Below are positions 1 to 8,864 of a stretch of 43,579 nt of DNA, piece by piece. The position numbers and the translations under genes are program-made. How positions within the stretch are numbered: the stretch's first letter is position 1; every line of letters begins with the position of its first letter. Where the stretch lies: the NCBI GenBank assembly GCA_002701645.1, contig NZWP01000012.1:1-43579 (forward strand). Reading direction: 5' to 3'. The notes under the pieces are model-generated. The model saw only the letters and a program-made list of their open reading frames with translations, made no database searches and was not told the DNA's origin. This DNA comes from Fidelibacterota bacterium. GTDB taxonomy: Bacteria > Fidelibacterota > Marinisomatia > Marinisomatales > Marinisomataceae.

Positions 1-2
1 TA

Positions 3-74
3 TTAAGGTTTTCTGTTGGTATTGAGCATGTAGATGATTTAATTTCAGAACTTGATTTTGCAATGAATCTATAA
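3..74 (+). CDS. 3' end (last 23 codons) of a Cys/Met-metabolism PLP-dependent enzyme (O-acetylhomoserine sulfhydrylase / cystathionine synthase-lyase family); the 5' part lies outside the window
   Basis: Frame 3 reads LRFSVGIEHVDDLISELDFAMNL*. The S-V-G-I-E-x-x-D-D-L-I-x-x-L pattern is the conserved C-terminal signature of this family. It is absent from the ORF track because no start lies in the window. Confidence 0.5.
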   Translation, partial: LRFSVGIEHVDDLISELDFAMNL

Positions 75-120
75 TTAACGCTTTTTTTAGTTAATTCTTT
101 TTATATTATTAAAAATATAT

Positions 121-202
121 GCCGTGGTGGCGGAATTGGTAGACGCGCTGGTCTTAGGAACCAGTATCGTAAGATGTGAAGGTTCGAGTCCTTTCCACGG
201 TA
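121..202 (+). tRNA. tRNA-Leu (anticodon TAG), type II tRNA with long variable arm
   Basis: The cloverleaf can be read by eye. Acceptor GCCGTGG/CCACGGT (G1:U72 wobble); D-arm GCG-GAATTGGTAGA-CGC; anticodon stem CTGGT/ACCAG with loop CTTAGGA; long variable arm; T-arm GAAGG-TTCGAGT-CCTTT; discriminator A at 202. CCA is not encoded. Confidence 0.9.
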
Positions 203-205
203 CTT

Positions 206-1996
206 ATGGAAATTATATTCCTAGTTGTTATAATTCTGACAGCACTAGTGCTTTTTATTACAGAATTATTTCCAATAGATGTGACAGCTCTTTTAGTTCT
301 TGGGCTGTTATTAGTCCTCGGACTTGTTAGTCCAGCTGAGAGTCTTGCGGGATTTTCTAATCCTGCTGTTATGACAATTGCATGTCTTTTTATAATGAGT
401 TATGCATTGCAGAAGTCTCATATCTTAGAATATGTTATTATTAGCGTTAATAAGTTAATTGATAAATCTAGAATTCTAGGAATGATTGCATATTTATTCT
501 TTATTGGGATTGCCTCTGCCGTTGTAAATAATACAGCAATTGTAGCAATCTTCATGCCGGTTACTATCCGACTAGCAGATAAATATGATATCAGTCCTTC
601 TAAGGTATTGATTCCATTAAGCTATGCAGCTATTCTAGGTGGAACGCTAACGCTAGTAGGAACTTCTACAAATCTAATTGTTAATTCTATATTAGTAGAG
701 ACTTCTGGAGGAGCAGTATCATTAGGAATGCTCGAGTTCGCAAAATTTGGAATTATAAAATTTGCAATAGGCTTAGTATATATTTTTACAATTGGCTATA
801 AATTGCTTCCTTCAAGAGTGGCAAGATCTTCCAGTATTGAAAATTATAGTCTAGATGGATATCTAACAGAGTTTCGAGTGAATGAAAATTCTCCTTTATG
901 CGGTAAGACATTATTAGATAGAAAAATTAATGAGAATTATGATGTTATTGTTTTAGATGTATTAAGAGGCGGTGAGATTATTACTTCTAATCTTAGAGGC
1001 TTGTTATTACAAAAAGATGATGTATTATTTGTAAAAGGTTCTTTCGATAATTTTCAACGTTTAAAAGAAATTGAAAATCTCGCACTTTTAACTGATGAAA
1101 AACTTACACAAGAAGAGTTAGAGCAAGAAGATCATATATTAGCAGAATGCTTGATTACTGATAATTCAGAATTAATAGGCCAAACTCTTCAGGACGCAAA
1201 TTTTAGAAGAACTTTCGGTAGTTTTGTATTAGCAATTCGCAGAGAAGGCGAAGTCATTAGACGAAAATTAGCACATTTTATTTTAAAGCCATTTGATACT
1301 TTATTAGTATATGGACCTAAAGATCGAATTAATCAACTTGCTTCTAAAGAAGGATTTATTGTGCTTGGTAAGGCAGATGCTAATCTTGATAGCCATCCAT
1401 TATGGTGGCTCAGTATAGCTACAATTTTATGCGCTGTAGGGTTAGCTATCTTTAACATAGTACCTATTGTAGTAGGGGTAATACTTGGAGTAATTACTCT
1501 GTTATTAGCGAGGATTATCACACCTAATGAGGCTTATTCCTCTATTCACTGGCAGGTTATTATCGTTATTGCAGCCTTCTTACCAATGGGAGTTGCTATT
1601 CAGCGTACAGGACTAGATGTTATTATAGGTAATGGAATAGGAAGTATAGTTAATGTATTTCCTGAACATCTCACTCCATATTTTCTTTTAGCTGTTATTT
1701 ATTTGATTACAATGATATTAACAGAAATTGCATCTAATGCAGCTACTGCAATTATTATGACACCAATTACTTTAACATTAGCAGCAAGCTTTGGATTTGA
1801 TCCAAAGCCATTTATTTTTGCTGTATGTTATGCTGCTTCAGCATCCTTTATTACTCCAGTAGGATATCAAACAAATTTGATGGTATATGGTCCTGGAGGG
1901 TATAGATACTCTGACTATATTAAGGTAGGACTTCCCTTAGGAGTTATTTTATGGATTGTTTCTGTATTGGTTATTCCAATGATTTGGCCTTTCTAA
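206..1996 (+). CDS. SLC13/DASS-family anion permease with two central TrkA-C (RCK_C) domains
   Basis: The ORF-track entry 176..1996 starts at a GTG inside the tRNA. The first ATG at 206 (MEIIFLVVIILTALVLFITELFPIDV...) keeps the conserved first TM helix. Many TM segments flank two soluble TrkA-C-like repeats (LTEFRVNENSPLCGKTL..., ILAECLITDNSELIGQTLQD...), which is the typical CitT/YfbS-like architecture. Confidence 0.85.
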   Translation: MEIIFLVVIILTALVLFITELFPIDVTALLVLGLLLVLGLVSPAESLAGFSNPAVMTIACLFIMSYALQKSHILEYVIISVNKLIDKSRILGMIAYLFFIGIASAVVNNTAIVAIFMPVTIRLADKYDISPSKVLIPLSYAAILGGTLTLVGTSTNLIVNSILVETSGGAVSLGMLEFAKFGIIKFAIGLVYIFTIGYKLLPSRVARSSSIENYSLDGYLTEFRVNENSPLCGKTLLDRKINENYDVIVLDVLRGGEIITSNLRGLLLQKDDVLFVKGSFDNFQRLKEIENLALLTDEKLTQEELEQEDHILAECLITDNSELIGQTLQDANFRRTFGSFVLAIRREGEVIRRKLAHFILKPFDTLLVYGPKDRINQLASKEGFIVLGKADANLDSHPLWWLSIATILCAVGLAIFNIVPIVVGVILGVITLLLARIITPNEAYSSIHWQVIIVIAAFLPMGVAIQRTGLDVIIGNGIGSIVNVFPEHLTPYFLLAVIYLITMILTEIASNAATAIIMTPITLTLAASFGFDPKPFIFAVCYAASASFITPVGYQTNLMVYGPGGYRYSDYIKVGLPLGVILWIVSVLVIPMIWPF

Positions 1997-2250
1997 TGTT
2001 TAAAGATTTAGAGAATTGGCAATATGAGAATAAAGCTATTTCAAGAACATTTGAGTTCCAATCATATTTATCTGGTGTAAATTTTCTTAATAAGGTGGCT
2101 TCCTTAGCTGAGGAAGCCAATCATCATCCAGATATGACATTAAGTTGGTGTAAGGTGCATGTAGTGCTCACAACGCATGATAGTGGCGATGTAACAGATA
2201 AAGATGTGGCATTAGCTAAGTTATGTGATCAACATTTCAAGTTAGATTAA
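1996..2250 (+). CDS. phhB: 4a-hydroxytetrahydrobiopterin (pterin-4-alpha-carbinolamine) dehydratase
   Basis: The EEANHHPD motif and an ~85 aa length fit this family. The start ATG at 1996 overlaps the permease stop (TAATG). The longer ORF-track start at 1951 lies inside the upstream gene. Confidence 0.85.
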   Translation: MFKDLENWQYENKAISRTFEFQSYLSGVNFLNKVASLAEEANHHPDMTLSWCKVHVVLTTHDSGDVTDKDVALAKLCDQHFKLD

Positions 2251-2295
2251 ATAATTATGTCAGTTTCAGTTCAAATCAGTAGTCCAATGGATTGA

Positions 2296-3051
2296 CTAAT
2301 TTTTTTGCGTCTGCTTTTGATACATTTTTCTTGCAGCATTTGTCATAACTATACCAAGCAGACCTTTAAATGCAACCACAATACGCATTTGCCATGGGAA
2401 AATAAACACCTTCTTCTTTTTATTAAGTGCATTTACAATTTTTTTTGCAGCAATGTCTGTTTTAATAATAAATGGTTTCCATTTCGCTTTCTGTGTCATT
2501 TCGCTTTCAACAAAACCTGGACAAATAAGTGTTACATCTATAGTTGTTGGTAATGTTTTTCTCCAGCTTTCACTCAAAGCTCTTACTGCAAATTTTGATG
2601 CAGCATACGCTCCTCCACCAACCCAGGCTATATGGCTTGCGACTGATCCTACAAGAGCAATATGCCCGCTTTCCTGTTTTAGCATTATTGGAATAAATGG
2701 AAGTACGGTATTCTGGACCCCAATAACATTGACCTTGATTACTTCGTTAATTATTGTTGGATCTCCTTTATGAAGCGCATCTAGTTCGCCACGACCTGCA
2801 TTCGCAATCACTAAATCAATTTTGGTAATCTTTGATAAAAAATCATCTATTGATTCTTTTGTAGAGTGTTGATCGGTAACATCGATAGAATAAGTTGTAA
2901 CTTCAGCGCCCATTTGACGGCATTTATTAGCAATATCATCTAATTTTTCTTTTCTTCTAGCACATAGAGCTAAATGAGCACCACGTTTAGCATATTCATA
3001 CGCAATATATTCTCCTATGCCGCTACTTGCACCTGTTATGTAAATATTCAT
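2296..3051 (-). CDS. short-chain dehydrogenase/reductase (SDR) family oxidoreductase
   Basis: N-terminal TGASSGIG Rossmann motif, catalytic YAASK (YxxxK) and an upstream GSVAS serine; 251 aa. Confidence 0.85.
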   Translation of the reverse strand: MNIYITGASSGIGEYIAYEYAKRGAHLALCARRKEKLDDIANKCRQMGAEVTTYSIDVTDQHSTKESIDDFLSKITKIDLVIANAGRGELDALHKGDPTIINEVIKVNVIGVQNTVLPFIPIMLKQESGHIALVGSVASHIAWVGGGAYAASKFAVRALSESWRKTLPTTIDVTLICPGFVESEMTQKAKWKPFIIKTDIAAKKIVNALNKKKKVFIFPWQMRIVVAFKGLLGIVMTNAARKMYQKQTQKN

Positions 3052-3113
3052 AGAGATAATTCTACAAATTTATCAGTCATAATTCCACCAAAACTAATTA
3101 TATTCATTCATAT

Positions 3114-4085
3114 ATGGATAAAAGTAAAATAAATGGTTTAGCTCAAGCAATTCTTGAAAATGGATCGCGTCAGTTAAATAATGTTGCAAAACAAATCGAC
3201 CAAGATATTGTGAAAGCTTCAGAGCTCATTATAAGCAATAATGGTAAGTTAGTAATCTGTGGCTTAGGAAAGTCTGGATTGATTGGGCAAAAGATTGTTG
3301 CTACACTATGTAGCACTGGTACAAAAAGTGTATTTGTGCATGCAGCAGAAGCGTTGCATGGAGATTTAGGTATTTATAATCCAGGAGATCCTACGCTTCT
3401 TATTTCAAAGAGTGGAAACACCGAAGAATTAGTACGATTAATTCCAATTTTACGTGAATTTCAATCACCATTAATTGCTTTAATAGGTAATATGGATTCT
3501 TATATGGCAAAAAATGTAGATATTGTGTTAAATGGAACCATTGAAAGTGAGATTGATCCCCTTGGTATTGTTCCTACTACAAGCGCATTAGCTGCTTTAG
3601 CTATTGGAGATGCTCTTGCATCCGTATTAATGGTTAAGAGAGGATTTAATGAAGAAGATTTTGCCCGATATCATCCTGGTGGAGAATTAGGAAAACAATT
3701 AGGATTAACTGTGAATCATTTAATTCATTCTTTAGATGATGTTGCTGTTATCAATGAAGATAGTTCATTAAAAGATATTGCATCTGCAATGACTGAGAAG
3801 CCTTTAGGCGCAGCATTGATTATAAATAATAAAGAATTAGCAGGGATTATCACAGAAGGGGACCTAAGAAAAGCCATTGTATCCAATAATTCTTTATCAG
3901 ATTCTATGGAAGGATTGATTAATAGAAATCCTATTTCTGTTTCTCCTGCGTTACCAATTCACGATGCTATGAAGCTAATGGAAGATCGTGATTCACAAAT
4001 TTCTGTACTACCTGTAGTGAATGAATCTAAAGAATGTTTAGGTTTAATTAGGCTACATGACTTGTATCAAACTAAACTAGTTTAA
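3114..4085 (+). CDS. kdsD: KpsF/GutQ-family arabinose-5-phosphate isomerase (SIS domain plus two CBS domains)
   Basis: SIS motif VICGLGKSGLIGQKI followed by a C-terminal CBS pair (GIITEGDLRK ... LGLIRLHDL); 323 aa. Confidence 0.85.
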   Translation: MDKSKINGLAQAILENGSRQLNNVAKQIDQDIVKASELIISNNGKLVICGLGKSGLIGQKIVATLCSTGTKSVFVHAAEALHGDLGIYNPGDPTLLISKSGNTEELVRLIPILREFQSPLIALIGNMDSYMAKNVDIVLNGTIESEIDPLGIVPTTSALAALAIGDALASVLMVKRGFNEEDFARYHPGGELGKQLGLTVNHLIHSLDDVAVINEDSSLKDIASAMTEKPLGAALIINNKELAGIITEGDLRKAIVSNNSLSDSMEGLINRNPISVSPALPIHDAMKLMEDRDSQISVLPVVNESKECLGLIRLHDLYQTKLV

Positions 4086-4108
4086 AATAATTTATTCCCA
4101 CTCAATAG

Positions 4109-7100
4109 TTACTTAACAAGTAACATTTTCATGGTCTTATTAAAATCTTTTGTACGAAGTTGATAGAAGTATACACCACTACTTAATGTATCGCCATCAT
4201 CATTCTTACCATCCCATTCTACAGTATAAATTCCTACACTATTTTCACCTTGATCAATTGTTTTCACTAATTGTCCCAGTGTATTGTAGATATAAATCTT
4301 AACAGAAGTTGCTTCTGCTACATCATACTTCAATGTTGTCTGATTACTAAATGGATTTGGATAATTTTGATAGAGTTTAAATTCATCTGGAGTGCCAAGT
4401 TCAATTATACCATTACCAGCTGCTCCATCTTTAGAGAATAATTGGTAACTCACTTCAACTGTGGATCTAGGTGCATCTCCATCAATATAGATAAATAATT
4501 CTTTTTCATCTTTAGATAGTCTACCAAATTCAAACTCATAGGTTTCTTCAAGACTATCGTTGTTTTCTAGAATAATCATACTCTGATTATTCTTCGCTAC
4601 AGAGAATTGATATACATTACCTTCATTGACAATTTCAAATCGCCCAGCAGTAATATCATCTGGAAGAGTAATCTTAATTTGATTACCAAATAATTCTGCA
4701 GGGAAGTCAATTGGATTTAACTTTTGTTGTTCTTGAGATTCTGAGGTCTTACCTTGAGCTTTAGTCCACTGCCAGTTTCTAGTAAATACACTGATATCAT
4801 AAACATCACATGTACTATCTAGTGTTGGTGTAAGATAAGGACTAGTACCTGTTGCTGGTCCAATATCAACATTTGGCCATGCATTTACAAGAGAATTCAA
4901 GTCTTCAACATCTACATCCCAGTCATTATCATAATCACCTAGCATAGCTGTATAGGTTGTAAATCCACTAATGACAGCATCTGAGTTATTGCCACTTTCG
5001 TCAAATGCAGCAACTTTAAGATAATATTTGGTATAATCATCAAGAGTTAATCCAGTCAATGTTAAATTGGTTAAACCAACATCTTGATAAGATACAACAT
5101 CTGCTTCAAGATCTTGATCGGTTGTTCCAATACCCATGTAATAGTATGCTATTCCAACATTATCTGACCAACCATCAACACTGATTGTGATATCAGAAGT
5201 ACTTCTTACATATTCACTATCCTGTAAATCATTGATTGTAAATGTACCAGCAGTTGGACCAGTGCTATCTAATATATAGCTTACTTGATCAGAAATAGTT
5301 TCATTGCCATCATTATCCACTGCTCCTACCTTATAGTACCATTTTTCTCCTTGACTTAAATTATCATGAAGCAGTGAATCTACTCCAAAAGTTTGTCTAA
5401 AGACGAATGTCGTATCAGGCCAAGGCGTAGTAGAAGGAGATGTATAAAAATGCTCTGAATCAATATTTCCAAGAGTTCCTTGACCAAGCAAAGTATTAGC
5501 ATCGGGAGTAAAGTCATCTACCACACTTCCATAAACATTATAAGAAGCAAAATCTGATTCTCCATTTCTGTTCCAGAAAATAGCCACACCATCATCGCTA
5601 GGGTTCCATGCATCGTTTGCTGCATCATAAACTAGCTCTGCTTCAGCAGATACTCCTTGAGGAGCAAGTGGCGCACCATCCGTACTTAACTGGCCAGCTG
5701 ATAACAAGAAATTATCCCAGAATGAATAATTTTGTCCTACTGTTGTAATATGAATTGCAACTCGCACTTTTGTGCCTGCATATTGGCTTAAGTTATAAGT
5801 TTGTTGAGTCCATGTACTTGCGGTATCTTGCATGTTTGCTAACGTTACAGTGAAATCTGAAATAGAAGTACCTCCCGATGGTGATAATAATACGTCATAA
5901 ATTTCTGTTACACTTCCATCATTCATGTTGGTATAAAAACTCAAGATATTGTCTGTACCAGGTCTTAACCATAGTTCCGGACTAATTAACCAATCATCAG
6001 CAGTTCCAGCTGCAGCCATTCCTAATCCAGCCATCCAGTGACTGCCATCTGCAGCACCATATCCCGCAGTATAATACCACCATGAAAAATCATCAGCATC
6101 GGCATTAGTATTTATACGGCCAAATGCATGTACATCTCTTCTGCCATCAGCCCAACCATATGGATTAGTTTCAAATCCTTCTTCCCACAAAGTATCTTGT
6201 TGAGCCGTTGCCCAAATAATATTGTTTTTTGTAACTGTATCAGAATTTGATCCATCAGATACAGTTAAACCAACATTATACTGTCCTGTAGAAGTATATA
6301 TATGTGATGGAGATTGTTCGGTACTTGCAGCAGATCCATCCCCGAAATCCCAAGCCCATGAAGTAGGTGCTCCTGTTGATCTATCAGTAAATTGTACTGT
6401 CAATGGAAATATGCCTGAAGTTTTATCTGGAGTATATGCAGCATTTAATGGGGCTGTAGAAGTAAATCCTGTAGAATAAAATAATCCTCTACCATGGGTT
6501 CCAGCAGCTAGCGCATTATCAGATGATCTTCTTACCAACATATCCGTTCTTACATTTGCTAGACCATCATTTGATGGATTCCATGTAGGGCTTGAAACAG
6601 AAATATCATCAGAAACCCATGTTCCAAGTTCAGTAGCTAAGATTACCTGGTTATAATTATTTGGATTATATAATCCCCAACGAACAGGCATATCAGCAAG
6701 ATCACCTTCAATATCCATCCATCCATTGGCTCCACCACCACCTATTGTTTCCCAAACTGAAGGCAATCCATAATTTGATACAGTGACTAATATTTGGTTG
6801 TCATCTTTTCCAATATCAATTGATGTGATATATCCATTAACATTAGATCCGCTAATATCAGTAGCAGTATAGCTGCTTGTATGCGCATCAGTGATTTTGA
6901 AGACTCTCCCAGCTGATGTTCCAACAAAAAGGACTCCATCGGTATGAGGTGACATTTTAAAGGCTGATGCTGTAGCACCTAGAGATACACTCATAAGTGT
7001 TTTATCAGCTAAAGTGGCATAATTATTTAATCTTAAAATTGTGCTAGCATCTACAGCAGAGTAAAATGCTTGATTAGTAGGATCAATTGTAGATGGATTA

Positions 7101-8860
7101 ATAAAGAAACCTGTATCACCCCCATCACTTGCGTCATGGTTTGCGTATAAGGAGAAGCTTGATCCTCCATTAGTACTTCTATAAATAGTGTTATATGTTG
7201 TTGCGGTAAATTGATAGCTTGGATCAACTTGATCAATATGAGTATATGCTCCATCTCCACCAACCACACGAGACCCACTTTGAATTTCTGTAGCACTAAT
7301 TGTCCAAGTACCGTTGTCTTGAGTTCCACCAATTACATATTGGCTTCCAGCATCAGGATGTAATGCAACAGAATAAAATTGACTAACATTATAGCCGGTA
7401 TTTCTATTTGATACAGTTACTCCTGCATCATTTGTATAAAATATACCTCCATCATTGGAAAAAATAATTTCATTACTTGTAATAGTTTTTAGATTTTGTT
7501 GATCAACGTGCATTGATGCAGTTCCTGAACCACCACCCGTTACTTGTGTCCAGCTAGCACCAGCATCAGTAGTTTTAAATATATCAAGCTCTCCAGCATA
7601 AACAGTATTTGGATCACTTGGATCAACTCCTAAACTCAAGTCATATCCAGCCTGTCCGTTTGCATCTCCTAAGACATCTCCATTTGCATCTATAGGAAAT
7701 GGATCAGAACCTCCGGCAGTGTAAAAAGTCCAATTTGCGCCACTATCTGTTGTTTTAACAATCCATTGAATTTTTCTTGTATCGCTACTAGCAACCATAC
7801 CATAGACAGTATTTGGATCAGAAGGGGCAACTGCGATTATAGTTCTGTTTCCTGAACCAATAAATCCTAAAGAGGCTCTTGTCCAATTTGTACCATCATC
7901 AGAATAAAAAATATCACCACCACCATCACCGTATACGTTAGTTCTCGATCCAGCCCAAAGTCTGTTATCGCTACCCATATCTAAATCCATAATTTCATAA
8001 GGAGTACCATTAGAAGTAGCATCCATTACTTGTGTCCATGTAGCACCGCCATCAGCAGATCTCCATAAACCAGTATTCGCAGATCCATGCCATTTACCTT
8101 CATAATAATGTCCACCAACCCCAGCATAAACAACACTTGTCCCTGATTCATTTCTAACAACAATATCAGTAACATAATTAAAATTCTCAGTAGCAGTTAA
8201 ATGAGTCCAAGTAGCACCACCATCAGTTGTTTTCCATATACCTAATCCACGACTAGATGTTGAGAAAATTCCCATTCTTTCTCCGGTACCAACATACATT
8301 GTATTAGTATCATTTGGATCAGAGTTAATACTACCAACTGCTAAATTACCCCATGTACCATCTACTGAATTCCATGTTGGACTGGCAGCTGTAATATCAT
8401 TCGTATACCATAATCCTCCAGTAACTCCTGCAGCCCATAATTTTTTCTTTGTAGAATCATTAGGATCGATAAGGATTGCTCTAGTTCTACCTCCAATAGT
8501 ATTAGGACCTCTTTCAACCCAATTTACTTCAGTCATTCTTTTTGCATAAGAAAGACTCATACGTTTTTGTTCTGCAAACTCTACAGCATCTAATATACGC
8601 TCTGTTGGAATAGTTCCTGTGCTTGGATCGTACATCATAAGATAATCATGTGCACCTTTTAAATCTGGACGTAATGCTTTAGGTAATTCTTTACTATCTT
8701 TATAAGATAAAGTTTGTCTTTTAGCAAGAAAGTCATTGATAAATGCTTCTTGTGTTAAGCGATTTTGTTCACCTAAATAATTTGTAATATTTTGTTTAAT
8801 CGATTGAAACCCAATAAGTCCAACCATAGTAAAAGCAATTATATAATGTAGTTTTTTCAT
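4109..8860 (-). CDS. 1583-aa secreted multidomain protein: tandem BNR/sortilin(GH74-like) beta-propeller region, PKD, choice-of-anchor-J/MAM-like module, Ig/FN3-like modules, dockerin-like module, T9SS C-terminal sorting domain
   Basis: Signal peptide MKKLHYIIAFTMVGLIGF. Residues ~110-800 (nt 6461-8533) begin WVERGPNTIGGRTRAILIDPND and carry at least 7 Asp-box/BNR motifs (TTDGGATWTH, SADGGATWTQ, SDDGTNWTR, TTDSGANWTF, TTDAGASWTQ, STNGGSSFS). A PKD domain with WDFGDGS lies at aa ~805-885 (nt 6206-6448). A module with the DDWLISP motif lies at aa ~890-1055 (nt 5696-6193). See the separate dockerin and CTD entries. Confidence 0.9.
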   Translation of the reverse strand: MKKLHYIIAFTMVGLIGFQSIKQNITNYLGEQNRLTQEAFINDFLAKRQTLSYKDSKELPKALRPDLKGAHDYLMMYDPSTGTIPTERILDAVEFAEQKRMSLSYAKRMTEVNWVERGPNTIGGRTRAILIDPNDSTKKKLWAAGVTGGLWYTNDITAASPTWNSVDGTWGNLAVGSINSDPNDTNTMYVGTGERMGIFSTSSRGLGIWKTTDGGATWTHLTATENFNYVTDIVVRNESGTSVVYAGVGGHYYEGKWHGSANTGLWRSADGGATWTQVMDATSNGTPYEIMDLDMGSDNRLWAGSRTNVYGDGGGDIFYSDDGTNWTRASLGFIGSGNRTIIAVAPSDPNTVYGMVASSDTRKIQWIVKTTDSGANWTFYTAGGSDPFPIDANGDVLGDANGQAGYDLSLGVDPSDPNTVYAGELDIFKTTDAGASWTQVTGGGSGTASMHVDQQNLKTITSNEIIFSNDGGIFYTNDAGVTVSNRNTGYNVSQFYSVALHPDAGSQYVIGGTQDNGTWTISATEIQSGSRVVGGDGAYTHIDQVDPSYQFTATTYNTIYRSTNGGSSFSLYANHDASDGGDTGFFINPSTIDPTNQAFYSAVDASTILRLNNYATLADKTLMSVSLGATASAFKMSPHTDGVLFVGTSAGRVFKITDAHTSSYTATDISGSNVNGYITSIDIGKDDNQILVTVSNYGLPSVWETIGGGGANGWMDIEGDLADMPVRWGLYNPNNYNQVILATELGTWVSDDISVSSPTWNPSNDGLANVRTDMLVRRSSDNALAAGTHGRGLFYSTGFTSTAPLNAAYTPDKTSGIFPLTVQFTDRSTGAPTSWAWDFGDGSAASTEQSPSHIYTSTGQYNVGLTVSDGSNSDTVTKNNIIWATAQQDTLWEEGFETNPYGWADGRRDVHAFGRINTNADADDFSWWYYTAGYGAADGSHWMAGLGMAAAGTADDWLISPELWLRPGTDNILSFYTNMNDGSVTEIYDVLLSPSGGTSISDFTVTLANMQDTASTWTQQTYNLSQYAGTKVRVAIHITTVGQNYSFWDNFLLSAGQLSTDGAPLAPQGVSAEAELVYDAANDAWNPSDDGVAIFWNRNGESDFASYNVYGSVVDDFTPDANTLLGQGTLGNIDSEHFYTSPSTTPWPDTTFVFRQTFGVDSLLHDNLSQGEKWYYKVGAVDNDGNETISDQVSYILDSTGPTAGTFTINDLQDSEYVRSTSDITISVDGWSDNVGIAYYYMGIGTTDQDLEADVVSYQDVGLTNLTLTGLTLDDYTKYYLKVAAFDESGNNSDAVISGFTTYTAMLGDYDNDWDVDVEDLNSLVNAWPNVDIGPATGTSPYLTPTLDSTCDVYDISVFTRNWQWTKAQGKTSESQEQQKLNPIDFPAELFGNQIKITLPDDITAGRFEIVNEGNVYQFSVAKNNQSMIILENNDSLEETYEFEFGRLSKDEKELFIYIDGDAPRSTVEVSYQLFSKDGAAGNGIIELGTPDEFKLYQNYPNPFSNQTTLKYDVAEATSVKIYIYNTLGQLVKTIDQGENSVGIYTVEWDGKNDDGDTLSSGVYFYQLRTKDFNKTMKMLLVK
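4112..4372 (-). other. T9SS (Por) C-terminal sorting domain of the giant protein (aa ~1497-1583)
   Basis: LYQNYPNPFSNQTTLKYDV...VKIYIYNTLGQLVKTI...YTVEWDGKNDDGDTLSSGVYFYQLRTKDFNKTMKMLLVK matches the textbook TIGR04183-type CTD pattern (QNYPNPF, IYN.LGQ, W.G....G.....GVYFY, KM.L.K). Confidence 0.9.
4769..4945 (-). other. dockerin-like module of the giant protein (aa ~1306-1364)
   Basis: GDYDNDWDVDVEDLNSLVNAW is a 12-residue EF-hand-like Ca loop with Asp at positions 1, 3, 5, 7, 9 and 12, followed by a helix. Next comes the linker PNVDIGPATGTSPYLTP, then a degenerate second segment LDSTCDVYDISVFTRNW. This layout resembles the duplicated segments of a type I dockerin. Confidence 0.6.
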
Positions 8861-8864
8861 AATG

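Noticed and set aside
124-330. ORF-track entries 124..330 and the 176..205 head of 176..1996, which overlap the tRNA-Leu gene
   Set aside because: They read straight through a well-formed tRNA cloverleaf. 124..330 is out of frame with the permease and has no recognisable product. The GTG at 176 lies inside the tRNA T-arm region, so the ATG at 206 is preferred.
3048-3080. 10-codon uORF (MTDKFVELSL*) on the minus strand whose TGA overlaps the SDR start codon (ATGA)
   Set aside because: Unlike the case at 36694, it does not resemble the downstream gene. Any gene that starts ATGA closes an upstream +1-frame ORF automatically, so this is probably chance in an AT-rich spacer.
4109-8860. Calling the giant protein a GH74 xyloglucanase or a sialidase because of its BNR/Asp-box repeats
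   Set aside because: Asp-box propellers occur in many non-enzymatic proteins such as sortilin/VPS10 and Ycf48-like proteins. I could not identify catalytic residues by eye, so I claim only the fold class.
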